A DNA stretch of 64,000 nt from an uncultured virus (IMG/VR IMGVR_UViG_2882072473_000006) (taxonomy: Duplodnaviria > Heunggongvirae > Uroviricota > Caudoviricetes). Every line of letters starts with the position of its first letter. Position 1 is the stretch's first letter. Position numbers and translations under genes: made by a program. The stretch lies in IMG/VR virus record IMGVR_UViG_2882072473_000006. One strand, 5' to 3'. Positions 8,855 through 17,014 of this stretch are shown here, one piece after another. The notes beneath the pieces are model-generated. The model searched no databases and had not been told where the DNA came from. It worked only from the letters and a program-made list of their open reading frames with translations.

Positions 8855-8893
8855 CTCCGCAATAGCAAGGGTCTGACGAAGACTCTTGCTTTT

Positions 8894-9100
8894 TTAGTCA
8901 GGGTCCCAACCGGAGCCCATGTCTTTGATTTGGTCTTCTCCTGTCCCCCAACTGGCGCTGATGTCGGGAAGAGCGCAATCATAGCAAACATTGGCGTCTG
9001 GGTATTGATCGTCGTAAACACCCTTATAATATTCTCGACTGAGCTTTCGTCTCACGGCGGCAACATCAAACTCTTTGCCGCATTCTATACAAACAGCCAT
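8894..9100 (-). CDS. Antisense-oriented small Cys-containing protein (moron-like)
   Basis: GGAGG RBS; CIEC...CYDC; extended -10 TGGTAAAAT upstream. Confidence 0.65.
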   Translation of the reverse strand: MAVCIECGKEFDVAAVRRKLSREYYKGVYDDQYPDANVCYDCALPDISASWGTGEDQIKDMGSGWDPD

Positions 9101-9147
9101 ATTCGCCCCTCCATACATAAAGGATGTTTCCATTTTACCATAGTCCT

Positions 9148-9174
9148 CGCCAAATTTACAAGGCGTTTTATGAG
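9148..9174 (+). promoter_or_regulatory. Phage motif copy 12
   Basis: CGCCAAATTTACAAGGCGTTTTATGAG. Confidence 0.7.
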
Positions 9175-9242
9175 GAGAGAGCGCTCTTTACCTCAATATC
9201 AGCCGGAGCCGCAAGGCCCGGACGACTTAGGAGGTAATGCAA

Positions 9243-9578
9243 ATGCGTAAGAAGGGTAAAAAGGTCATTCGGCCGGCAGGAGACGAACTGATGGACTACC
9301 TGAACCGGGGGTTCGCGATCTGCAACCGGTGCGGGGCGGTGATGGACCGGAGAGAAGACCCAAGAGGAGGTTGTGATATTTACGCCTGCCCGTCCTGCGG
9401 ATGGGAGATTGACGAGATGGAGTACGAGTATGAGAGCGGAGATCCGATGGAGCTCGTACAGGATGAAAGAGGCGATGACTACCTGGTCTTCCGGAACGAC
9501 ATGCCGCCCGCCGGGTGCAGAGCGTGCGGAGGCCCATACCCCTACTGCAAGCCGTCGTGCAGAATGTTCGACGACTAA
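9243..9578 (+). CDS. Zinc-binding protein
   Basis: AGGAGG RBS; several CxxC motifs. Confidence 0.75.
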   Translation: MRKKGKKVIRPAGDELMDYLNRGFAICNRCGAVMDRREDPRGGCDIYACPSCGWEIDEMEYEYESGDPMELVQDERGDDYLVFRNDMPPAGCRACGGPYPYCKPSCRMFDD

Positions 9579-9644
9579 GCATGACCAACGTAGAGGAGGA
9601 GCCCTGTAACAGGGGCTTTTCCTCTTTTATATTTGGAGGCAGAC

Positions 9645-10004
9645 ATGCGCTATCACTACGAGAAGCCGCCCATTTATCTTTCCATGTACGGACAGCGCTA
9701 CTGCTGCGACCATCCGGTCTATAACCACTGCACCCTGTTCCTTGTCGGCGAACGGGGCCTGGCGGTGATTCAGCAGCGGTACGACCCGGAGACGAAGCAC
9801 ACCTTCTGGGCCGAGGTAGACGAGTGGCTGACGGACCCATTATATCTGCACCCCCGGTTTCGGGCGTTCTTTGACCGCCGGGCCGGGACGGGTACGGACG
9901 GCCTCTACCCCACCGTGACCATCCGGCAGATCATGTGGGCGCTGAAGATGAAGCCCCTGCCCAAGCAGCCCTGGGAGACGGTCTTCGACCATACGCCGAT
10001 TTGA
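9645..10004 (+). CDS. Hypothetical protein
   Basis: GGAGG RBS; coding-like codon use. Confidence 0.75.
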   Translation: MRYHYEKPPIYLSMYGQRYCCDHPVYNHCTLFLVGERGLAVIQQRYDPETKHTFWAEVDEWLTDPLYLHPRFRAFFDRRAGTGTDGLYPTVTIRQIMWALKMKPLPKQPWETVFDHTPI

Positions 10005-10020
10005 CAACCTCCTTTATGAG
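9994..10020 (+). promoter_or_regulatory. Phage motif copy 13
   Basis: CGCCGATTTGACAACCTCCTTTATGAG. Confidence 0.72.
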
Positions 10021-10052
10021 AAACCAACTGATTTTGAAAGGGGTTGCGGTTT

Positions 10053-10202
10053 ATGAAAACATTCAAGAACAAGCTGTACGCTGTGGGGCTGATGCTCTGC
10101 GGGAGTGTTCCGACATTCCTGGAGCAGGACGCCACGGCGCTGGTATTTATCGGGATGATTGCAGTTCCGCTGTTCTTTGCAAAAGAAAACTGGATTTATT
10201 AA
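10053..10202 (+). CDS. 49-aa two-TM protein
   Basis: MKTFKNKLYAVGLMLCG...AKENWIY; GAAAGGGG RBS; terminator follows. Confidence 0.68.
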   Translation: MKTFKNKLYAVGLMLCGSVPTFLEQDATALVFIGMIAVPLFFAKENWIY

Positions 10203-10241
10203 AGGGAACGGCCCAGACAAGGGCTTTTCCTTTTATTTTTG

Positions 10242-10268
10242 CGCTTATTTCGCAGCTCCTATTACGGA
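10242..10268 (+). promoter_or_regulatory. Phage motif copy 14 (ACG variant)
   Basis: CGCTTATTTCGCAGCTCCTATTACGGA. Confidence 0.68.
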
Positions 10269-10299
10269 GAACGATGCTCGTAAAAGGAGGTAAAGGGGC

Positions 10300-10515
10300 A
10301 TGGACGAAATGAGACTGGAATCGAAATTTACAACAGGACTTGTATCAAAAATCGCAAGGACCGTTGTGCGTAAGAAGCTGGGCTACGATATGGATATTCG
10401 GCTCAACCGGCTGCGGACAACGGTGGTTGATGAAAAGACACACGTACATCTGGACGTCGATCTGGAGCTCACAAAGGAAGAGCTTGACAAATTATTGAAG
10501 AGCATCGGGCTCTGA
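10300..10515 (+). CDS. Small hypothetical protein
   Basis: AAGGAGG RBS; terminator follows. Confidence 0.78.
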   Translation: MDEMRLESKFTTGLVSKIARTVVRKKLGYDMDIRLNRLRTTVVDEKTHVHLDVDLELTKEELDKLLKSIGL

Positions 10516-10552
10516 GGCAGAGGCCCCATAACAGGGGCTTTTGTCTTTCTTC

Positions 10553-10579
10553 CGCAGATTCCGCAGGTTCTATTGTGGA
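10553..10579 (+). promoter_or_regulatory. Phage motif copy 15 (GTG variant)
   Basis: CGCAGATTCCGCAGGTTCTATTGTGGA. Confidence 0.68.
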
Positions 10580-10648
10580 GAGGCATACAGCGAGCTACGA
10601 AGCGAGGGTGGTAGTAGGCAACGCAAGACGGAAACCCACCTGCCTCTC
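10578..10648 (+). ncRNA. Putative small structured RNA
   Basis: GAGAGGCA/TGCCTCTC closing stem plus GGTGG/CCACC; lies between two motif copies with no gene. Confidence 0.5.
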
Positions 10649-10657
10649 TTAGGTTTT

Positions 10658-10684
10658 CGCAGATTTTGCAATTCCTATTATGGA
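10658..10684 (+). promoter_or_regulatory. Phage motif copy 16 (identical to copy 4)
   Basis: CGCAGATTTTGCAATTCCTATTATGGA. Confidence 0.78.
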
Positions 10685-10685
10685 G

Positions 10686-10756
10686 AGGAAGTTAGCTCAA
10701 TGGTAGAGCGCAGGCTGAAATGCCTGAGGCCGCCGGTTCGAGTCCGGCACTTTCTC
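10686..10756 (+). tRNA. tRNA-like RNA (Phe/GAA-like, aberrant anticodon arm, no encoded CCA)
   Basis: Acceptor AGGAAGT/ACTTTCT, D-arm GCTC-AATGGTA-GAGC, T-arm GCCGG-TTCGAGT-CCGGC, anticodon arm CAGGC-TGAAAT-GCCTG. Confidence 0.72.
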
Positions 10757-10804
10757 TTTCGCTTTTGCATGGAGAAAAAAAACAAGTTTGGAAAGGAGTT
10801 TACC

Positions 10805-11368
10805 ATGGAGAAACGGCCGCTGGACACGGAGCTTGAAGTTCTTTGGAGCGAGCACCTCGAAGACGATGTGTTCTCAGTACGCGCTTACAATGTTCTGGCG
10901 CATCGTCTCGGTCTTCGCACGTTAGGGGATATTTTGAATTTGACCCGCGACGACATTGCAAAGGCGAGGGGCGCGGGGAAAAAGACCCTGGACGACATTG
11001 CGAAGCTGGTTCGGTCGTGCGGATACGAACTGAACGGATTCACGGACGCCGGTCCGAACTGCAAAAAGTGCAAACAGAGGGATTTCCTGCGGCCGGCGCA
11101 TCAGCACTTTCTCAAATTGGCAAGGGAGTTCAACCGCTCGTATCATCATCCCAAGGACCGCGCCTTTGTGTTTCCAAACCGGATTTCCGGAGAGACGGGC
11201 TGGGATATTGTAAAGCGGGCCATATTCGCCACCTATAACGTGTCGAGCATTGCCTCTCTGCCAGACGGGGCGCAGGCGAAAATCAATGAATTTGCGATGG
11301 GTCTCACGGATATTCTGTTCCAACAGCTGCGGGACCGGGCAAAAGAATACAAACGGAGCAATATTTGA
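10805..11368 (+). CDS. Protein with N-terminal RNA polymerase alpha-CTD-like domain
   Basis: FSVRAYNVL...GLRTLGDI...RGAGKKTLDDI matches the alpha-CTD consensus LSVRSYNCL..AGI.T..DL....NLGKKSLEEI. Confidence 0.75.
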   Translation: MEKRPLDTELEVLWSEHLEDDVFSVRAYNVLAHRLGLRTLGDILNLTRDDIAKARGAGKKTLDDIAKLVRSCGYELNGFTDAGPNCKKCKQRDFLRPAHQHFLKLAREFNRSYHHPKDRAFVFPNRISGETGWDIVKRAIFATYNVSSIASLPDGAQAKINEFAMGLTDILFQQLRDRAKEYKRSNI

Positions 11369-11377
11369 AAGGAGAAA

Positions 11378-11842
11378 ATGAGCATGGAAGTTAAAATTGT
11401 GGGCGAGATCAAGTTCAAGACCTGTACCCTCCCGGTGTATCGGGATTTGGACGAGCCCCTGTTCAAGGCGGGGGACGTCGCCGAGCTGATGGACTATGGG
11501 CCGAACAATATTTGGAACCTGACCAACCTTTGCGAAGAGGACGAGAGGCTGGTGCTGTCATCGGAAGTGGCGGGTCAACACCGGCGGGTGACGTTCCTCA
11601 CCGAGAGCGGACTCTACAGCGTCCTTGCCCAGAGTCGGAAGCCGGTTGCCAGGGCGTGGCGGCGGGTCATTGCCGAGGAGCTGATTGCCCTGCGGCGGTC
11701 CCGTGGCAAAAATATCTCGGAGCAGTTCGAGGACTGGGACCACATGGCGGACACCATCTACTTTGACGAGGTGACCGGGCGGCTGATGCGGTCGGTGACC
11801 GTTCCCGGCGGGGACGTGGAGCAGGTTCCCTACGAGCCCTGA
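11378..11842 (+). CDS. BRO-N domain antirepressor-like protein
   Basis: PLFKAGDVA...FLTESGLY..L..SRKP.A. Confidence 0.8.
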   Translation: MSMEVKIVGEIKFKTCTLPVYRDLDEPLFKAGDVAELMDYGPNNIWNLTNLCEEDERLVLSSEVAGQHRRVTFLTESGLYSVLAQSRKPVARAWRRVIAEELIALRRSRGKNISEQFEDWDHMADTIYFDEVTGRLMRSVTVPGGDVEQVPYEP

Positions 11843-11846
11843 CGCC

Positions 11847-12158
11847 ATGAAAGCGGAAATTGGATACCCCGATGTGGTCATGGGGGATTTTATACAGGAC
11901 CTTATCGGCGACATCGAGCATAACATGCGGCTTGCTCCGCCCAACGACCAGTATTTCGAGGAGCTCAGCATTCAGAAATTTACCCTGCAACAGCTGCTCC
12001 GGGAGATTGGCAGGCATGAAGGAGACTCTCCCACCGCCGTAGTAGCGAGATTTGTGGAGAGGATGTCTGCCACAGCAAAAGAGGACGACCCACGGTTCGT
12101 CTTTTCTATCTCCAGGGACGCGGCCCAGTCCATCCTGGACGGATTATATTTTGACTAA
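11847..12158 (+). CDS. Hypothetical protein
   Basis: Operonic ORF. Confidence 0.7.
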   Translation: MKAEIGYPDVVMGDFIQDLIGDIEHNMRLAPPNDQYFEELSIQKFTLQQLLREIGRHEGDSPTAVVARFVERMSATAKEDDPRFVFSISRDAAQSILDGLYFD

Positions 12159-12175
12159 ACAGAAAAGGAGAAACA

Positions 12176-12640
12176 ATGACTGGAGAAGTTTACATTCATT
12201 ATGGCGCGGACGCCTTCGACCCGAGCCATGGGTTTCCGGTGGTAAACACGAAATACTCCTGGGTAAAGCCCCACGGAGGTCTATGGGCATCGAGAAAACG
12301 TGCGTCCTACGGCTGGGCCAAATGGTGCGAGGAGAATTCCTTTCGGGATTGCGCCGCAGAACCCTCATTTCAGTTTATCATGCGAAATCCGGAAAAAGTA
12401 GCGGTCATTCATAATTTGAACGATCTGCGACAGCTTCCGATGGTGAGAGACGTTCCGCCCGGCATGTGGGAGGAAATTGACTTTGTGGAATGTCTGCGGC
12501 GAGGAATTGACGCTGTTGAACTCTGCTGGTATGGGGAGGAATACCAAGACCAGCGGGCCGATGATTTATATCTCGCTTTGTATGGGTGGGACTGTGACTC
12601 CATTGTGGTCCTCAACCCCGACGCAGTGATTCAGATTTAA
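12176..12640 (+). CDS. Hypothetical protein, possible ADP-ribosyltransferase-like fold
   Basis: AAAGGAG RBS; YIHYG...KPHGGLWAS...GIDAV...WDCDSIVVLN; fold is a guess. Confidence 0.65.
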   Translation: MTGEVYIHYGADAFDPSHGFPVVNTKYSWVKPHGGLWASRKRASYGWAKWCEENSFRDCAAEPSFQFIMRNPEKVAVIHNLNDLRQLPMVRDVPPGMWEEIDFVECLRRGIDAVELCWYGEEYQDQRADDLYLALYGWDCDSIVVLNPDAVIQI

Positions 12641-12661
12641 TACTCGAAAGGAGAAAACATC

Positions 12662-13235
12662 ATGGTTAAGACCTATCTTGATATTCTGAGCGAGCGCGGC
12701 ATCCGCCCCTTCCTGACCGACGAGGCTTTTGAGGAGCTCCAGAAGTTTGACTACAAGAGCCAGTACGCCATTCCCGGCCAGGTAATGCCGGTCTTCAAGC
12801 ACCCCAACCAGCACAAGATCGAGCTGGGCAAGACCACCAATCTGATCGGCGACATGTGCTGGTACGGAGCCAGCGTGGAGGAGCTGGTGCGGTCCATCAA
12901 GTATGGCATGGTGGTGCTCGACGCGGACAAACGCCATTTGGACTGGAAGAAGGCCGCCGAGGACTTCGGTATTCAGGAGCTTCTCAAGGAATACCGCCGG
13001 TTCCGCCGCAAGCCCAAGCTGACAGAGCGGGAAAAAGCTTGTCATTACCGCTTATACCGGCTATGTTCTGGAGGGTACGGCCGGAAAGGTAGTGGATTTC
13101 GTGGAACAGGAGCTGGGTCATTCCATTCAGACGCCGGAGCCGCCCGCAGTCCCGGTTGTTGTGGAGGTGCGCCGGGCTTTGCAGGAGGAATTCTGCGAGA
13201 TCTGCCGGAAGCACCACATCTTTGATTATATTTAA
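12662..13235 (+). pseudogene. Stand-alone paralog of an RNA polymerase segment, with an apparent +1 frameshift at 13032-13036
   Basis: N-terminal part aligns with 46084..48804; the +1 frame after GAAAAAG resembles 34260..34451 and stops at 13235. Confidence 0.6.
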
Positions 13236-13248
13236 GGAGGATACGGAC

Positions 13249-14079
13249 GTGAACGCAAAAACGACCCTGCTCCACGGAGCCGGGAAAGCGGTCAAAAAGG
13301 CGGCGCCGACGATATTGACCGTTGTCAGCGCGGCGGGGGTGGTGGCCACGGCGGCTCTGGCGGTCAGGGCCACACCCAAGGCCCTCAAGCGCATTGAGGC
13401 GGCAAAAGCGGTCAAAAAGGCGGAAAATGGCGGAAATTTGACCCGAATGGAGACGATAGGAGCCTGCTGGCAATGCTATGTACCGGCGGCGGCCACGGGA
13501 ATCGCTGTAATCGGGTGTATTTTCGGAGCAAATGCCCTCAACCGGCGTCAGCAGGCGGCTCTGGTCAGCGCCTACGCCCTGGTCAGCCGGTCCTACAACG
13601 ATTACCAGCGCAAGGTCAAGGAGCTCCACGGCGTAGACGCCCACCGGAGGATCATGGAAGCCTTGGCTGCCGAAAAGAGCAAAAAGCAGCCCATCTACGC
13701 GGGCACCCTGATCGGGTCGTCCTCTCTGGACTTTGAGGACGCCGGCGAGGAAGAGCGGCTATTCTACGACGCCATCTCGGAGCGGTATTTTCAGGCCACC
13801 ATCAGCCAGGTGCTCCAGGCCGAATACCACCTCAACCGGAACTTTGCCCTGGGCGGAGGATTCATTACCCTGAACCAGTTTTACGAGTTCCTGGGCATCG
13901 AGCCGGTACCCGGCGGGGACGAGGTGGGCTGGATGGTTTCGGACGGGCTCTACTGGGTGGACTTTGACCACCAAAAGACCGTGGTAGACGACGGGCTCAA
14001 CGGCGAGGTGGAGTGCTACATCATCGACGCACCCTTCCCGCCGGTAAGCGAGCGTGAATACGAGGACATGGAGCTCTGA
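13249..14079 (+). CDS. DUF6353-like membrane-associated phage protein, paralog 1
   Basis: P.ILT...A.GVV.TA.LAV.ATPKA...Y.PA...LN.FY..LG....GW. Confidence 0.8.
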   Translation: MNAKTTLLHGAGKAVKKAAPTILTVVSAAGVVATAALAVRATPKALKRIEAAKAVKKAENGGNLTRMETIGACWQCYVPAAATGIAVIGCIFGANALNRRQQAALVSAYALVSRSYNDYQRKVKELHGVDAHRRIMEALAAEKSKKQPIYAGTLIGSSSLDFEDAGEEERLFYDAISERYFQATISQVLQAEYHLNRNFALGGGFITLNQFYEFLGIEPVPGGDEVGWMVSDGLYWVDFDHQKTVVDDGLNGEVECYIIDAPFPPVSEREYEDMEL

Positions 14080-14085
14080 GGGCTC

Positions 14086-14112
14086 CGCAGAAATTGCATC
14101 TCCTATTATGGA
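14086..14112 (+). promoter_or_regulatory. Phage motif copy 17
   Basis: CGCAGAAATTGCATCTCCTATTATGGA. Confidence 0.8.
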
Positions 14113-14142
14113 GAATCTATATTTAACAGGAGGTTTGACTTT

Positions 14143-14319
14143 ATGGACTCGAAAACGATATTTAAGGTATTGTCCTTTGTAGGTATGGCCCTGGGCGGGA
14201 TCGGCACACTGCTGTCCGCCTGGGCTGACGGAAGGGAGCAGGACGCGATTATCGAGGAGAAAATAAATGAAGCACTGGCCGCCCGTGAACATGGAGAAAA
14301 GGAAAGCGAGGAGCCCTGA
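14143..14319 (+). CDS. 58-aa membrane protein
   Basis: MDSKTIFKVLSFVGMALGG...; AGGAGG RBS; terminator overlaps stop. Confidence 0.72.
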   Translation: MDSKTIFKVLSFVGMALGGIGTLLSAWADGREQDAIIEEKINEALAAREHGEKESEEP

Positions 14320-14353
14320 CCGGGGCTCTTTGCTTTTGCAGGAGCCGCTGTCC

Positions 14354-14656
14354 ATGAACGAACAGGCGATCCTCTTTCTCATGGAGGTCCTGAACGGCTT
14401 TGAGGAGCCGCCAAGGTCCGACTGGCCCAGGCACGAGGCGGAGGAAGTCAGCTTTTCCCGCTGGGCGGTGGAGGAGCTGCTGCAACAGGTCTGGGGCCAC
14501 CCGTGGACACTGGCCTCTGAGACGGTAGAGCGTTTCGCCGCGAAGCTGGGGCTATACGCCGAGACCTGCGTCACGGACCAGCAGCACCGGATCTTTCGGA
14601 TCGCGGCCGAAACCGTGAGGGGATTCCTCGATGAGATCGAGAAGCTGGAGCGATGA
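14354..14656 (+). CDS. Hypothetical protein
   Basis: AGGAG RBS; ATGA coupling downstream. Confidence 0.65.
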   Translation: MNEQAILFLMEVLNGFEEPPRSDWPRHEAEEVSFSRWAVEELLQQVWGHPWTLASETVERFAAKLGLYAETCVTDQQHRIFRIAAETVRGFLDEIEKLER

Positions 14657-15453
14657 AAACATTGATATTTATGAGAGGAGATGGCGTATTGAACAAACAA
14701 GCAATTTCAAACGCCCTGAAAGCGTTGCAGAAAACCGTGAAAAAGCACAGCCCGGAGATTTTGACGGGCATCGGCATCGCCGGGATGACCGCCGCCGCTG
14801 TGATGGCGGTCAAGGCCACCCCCAAGGCCCTGCGGATGGTGGACGAAAAGGAAATCCGGGACGGAAAGCGCCTGACCACCGGCGAGATCGTCAAGACCAC
14901 CTGGAAATGTTATATTCCCCCGGTCGTCACCGGCGTATGCTCCGCGGCCTGCATCATCGGGGCCAGTTCCATCAGCGCACGGCGCAACGCGGCCCTGGTC
15001 ACGGCCTACACCATTTCGGAGACCGCGTTGAAGGAGTACCGGGACAAGGCGGTTGAGGTGGTCGGCGTGAAGAAGGAGCAGGCCATCCGGGACGCGGTGG
15101 CCAAGGACAAGCTGGAGAAGGCCAATGTCAAAGAGCGGGAATTCATTTCCACCGGACGGGGCGAGACCCCCTGTTTCGACCCGCTGACCAACACCTGCTT
15201 CAAGTCGGACATCGAGAGCCTCCGCCGGGCGGAAAACACGCTGAACAAGCGGATGCGGGACGAGGTGAAGATCACCGTCAATGAGTTTCTGATGGAGATA
15301 GGCCTGGAGCCCTGCGACGACTCTATCGGAGAGACCATGGGGTGGGACATCGACAAGGGCTACATTGAGCTGGACTTCAGCTCCCAGCTGGTGGACGGCG
15401 TCCCTTATCTGGTGCTGGGGCACCGGGTCCCGCCGGTCTATCTGGGCTGGTGA
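14653..15453 (+). CDS. DUF6353-like protein, paralog 2
   Basis: KKHSPEILTGIGIAGM...AVKATPKA; same motifs as paralog 1. Confidence 0.8.
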   Translation: MKTLIFMRGDGVLNKQAISNALKALQKTVKKHSPEILTGIGIAGMTAAAVMAVKATPKALRMVDEKEIRDGKRLTTGEIVKTTWKCYIPPVVTGVCSAACIIGASSISARRNAALVTAYTISETALKEYRDKAVEVVGVKKEQAIRDAVAKDKLEKANVKEREFISTGRGETPCFDPLTNTCFKSDIESLRRAENTLNKRMRDEVKITVNEFLMEIGLEPCDDSIGETMGWDIDKGYIELDFSSQLVDGVPYLVLGHRVPPVYLGW

Positions 15454-15457
15454 CATC

Positions 15458-15484
15458 CGCAGAAATTGCATCTCCTATTATGGA
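15458..15484 (+). promoter_or_regulatory. Phage motif copy 18 (identical to copy 17)
   Basis: CGCAGAAATTGCATCTCCTATTATGGA. Confidence 0.8.
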
Positions 15485-15525
15485 GAACCATCCAATGAAC
15501 CTAACTTTATAAGGAGGAACTTGAC

Positions 15526-15813
15526 ATGGAAGAGATGAACGCAAGAGTGATGGAGAACGAGGTTATGGACGAGACCGTGGAGGTCGATGAGGCCGTTGAC
15601 AGCGGAAACGCTGGCGCGCTGGTCGCAGGAATCGTCGGAGGCTTCCTGGCTTACGCCGTGATTGGCGGGGCGAAGAAGCTCTGGGGGTTTGCGGGCGCCA
15701 AGCTGGCCGAGCGGAAGGCTGCCAGAAAGGCCGGGACCGACGCGGTAGACGTCGAGTACACCGATGTCGAAGAGACTGCGGAGGATTCCGACGAGGGGAA
15801 CTCTGAAAAGTAA
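15526..15813 (+). CDS. Acidic single-TM protein
   Basis: AAGGAGG RBS; terminator follows. Confidence 0.78.
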   Translation: MEEMNARVMENEVMDETVEVDEAVDSGNAGALVAGIVGGFLAYAVIGGAKKLWGFAGAKLAERKAARKAGTDAVDVEYTDVEETAEDSDEGNSEK

Positions 15814-15893
15814 GCAGAAGAGAGGTTCGCCGGGGGAGAGTACCTGTTTCAGGTGCTTTCCCTTTTTTGCTTTTGAAAGGAGAAAATTGCATC

Positions 15894-16259
15894 ATGAGAG
15901 GTATTTTGAAAAACACCCTGTTGTTATTGGGCGGTATGGCGCTGGGGAGCCTGGCGACACGGAGAGCGATCCGGTATGCCGTGGAAAACAGGTACGACCG
16001 TGTGAAGTACGAAGAGCCCATCTTTGGGACCGGGGAGGACGCCGAGCAGGTGCTGGACGGGCTCAAGACCCTCATCAGCACCTACGGCAACGCAACGGCG
16101 GCGGATTTGTATGAGCTGGCCGGCATCCACGATTTCAAATACGAGATGACAAGGATTGGCTGGACCTCCGTGGACGGGGTGGAGATCGTCCAGACGGACG
16201 ACGGCTATATCATCACACTCCCCCAGCCCAAGCCCATCACTTACAAGGAGGAACCGTAA
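15894..16259 (+). CDS. Hypothetical protein, paralog of the C-terminus of the next gene
   Basis: Shared DAE.VLD.L...I..YG.A..ADLY.LAG...GWT...GY...LP. Confidence 0.78.
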   Translation: MRGILKNTLLLLGGMALGSLATRRAIRYAVENRYDRVKYEEPIFGTGEDAEQVLDGLKTLISTYGNATAADLYELAGIHDFKYEMTRIGWTSVDGVEIVQTDDGYIITLPQPKPITYKEEP

Positions 16260-16873
16260 TGGCAGAGTATCCCAACAACTCCCACAGCGCAAGGGAGAGA
16301 ACGGATTCTACCGCACCGGGAAAAGCGGAAAAGAAGCTGGAAAAGGTGGTGACCGGAGCGGCCAAGACCCGGAAGAAGAGTGAGGCCCGGAAATTCGTCA
16401 ACATCTTTGTCCCGGAGGACGGGGAGAACGTCAAGTCCTATATCATGATGGACGTGATTATCCCCGGCATCAAGAACGCCATCGCCGACGTGATCAGCAT
16501 TGTGCTCTTCGGCGACTCCGGGCGCATCGGCGGAAGCAGGAGCAAGCGGGACGGACGCTCCCGGCTCACCTACTGGGACGACAGGCGGGATGACCGCAGA
16601 GAGTACGGACGGCCCAGAGCTGCCGCGGGCTTTGAATATGACGACATTATATTTGAGACCCGCGGGGACGCCGAGCTGGTGCTGGATCAGCTGGAATCGG
16701 CCATCGCCAACTACGGCATCGCGTCAGTGGCCGACCTCTACGACCTGGCGGGCATCACCTGCCGCAATTACACGGCCAACCGCTATGGCTGGACGGATAT
16801 TCAGTCGGCAAAGGTCATCCGGACCCGGGAAGGCTACACCTTGCAGCTTCCGAGGACGGTTCAGATCAACTAA
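16259..16873 (+). CDS. Hypothetical phage protein
   Basis: AAGGAGG RBS; paralogous domain as above. Confidence 0.82.
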   Translation: MAEYPNNSHSARERTDSTAPGKAEKKLEKVVTGAAKTRKKSEARKFVNIFVPEDGENVKSYIMMDVIIPGIKNAIADVISIVLFGDSGRIGGSRSKRDGRSRLTYWDDRRDDRREYGRPRAAAGFEYDDIIFETRGDAELVLDQLESAIANYGIASVADLYDLAGITCRNYTANRYGWTDIQSAKVIRTREGYTLQLPRTVQIN

Positions 16874-16888
16874 AAGGAGGCCACAGCC

Positions 16889-17014
16889 ATGTATGGATAT
16901 TTGACCTCCAGCGGCTACAAGGGTCTGGTATGCGGCCGGTGGATGCTGTTCGCCACGGACACCGAGTATTACGAGTACATGAGAGAGCATGAGGAGGAGC
17001 GCCATGCGGATTAA
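16889..17014 (+). CDS. 41-aa hypothetical protein
   Basis: MYGYLTSSGYKGLVCGRWMLFATDTEYYEY...; AAGGAGG RBS. Confidence 0.62.
   Translation: MYGYLTSSGYKGLVCGRWMLFATDTEYYEYMREHEEERHAD

Noticed and set aside
3644..15484. Repeated motif read as a CRISPR array
   Set aside because: Copies are degenerate, spaced 100-3400 bp apart by whole genes, and there is no cas operon; the Cas4-like gene is an ordinary phage exonuclease
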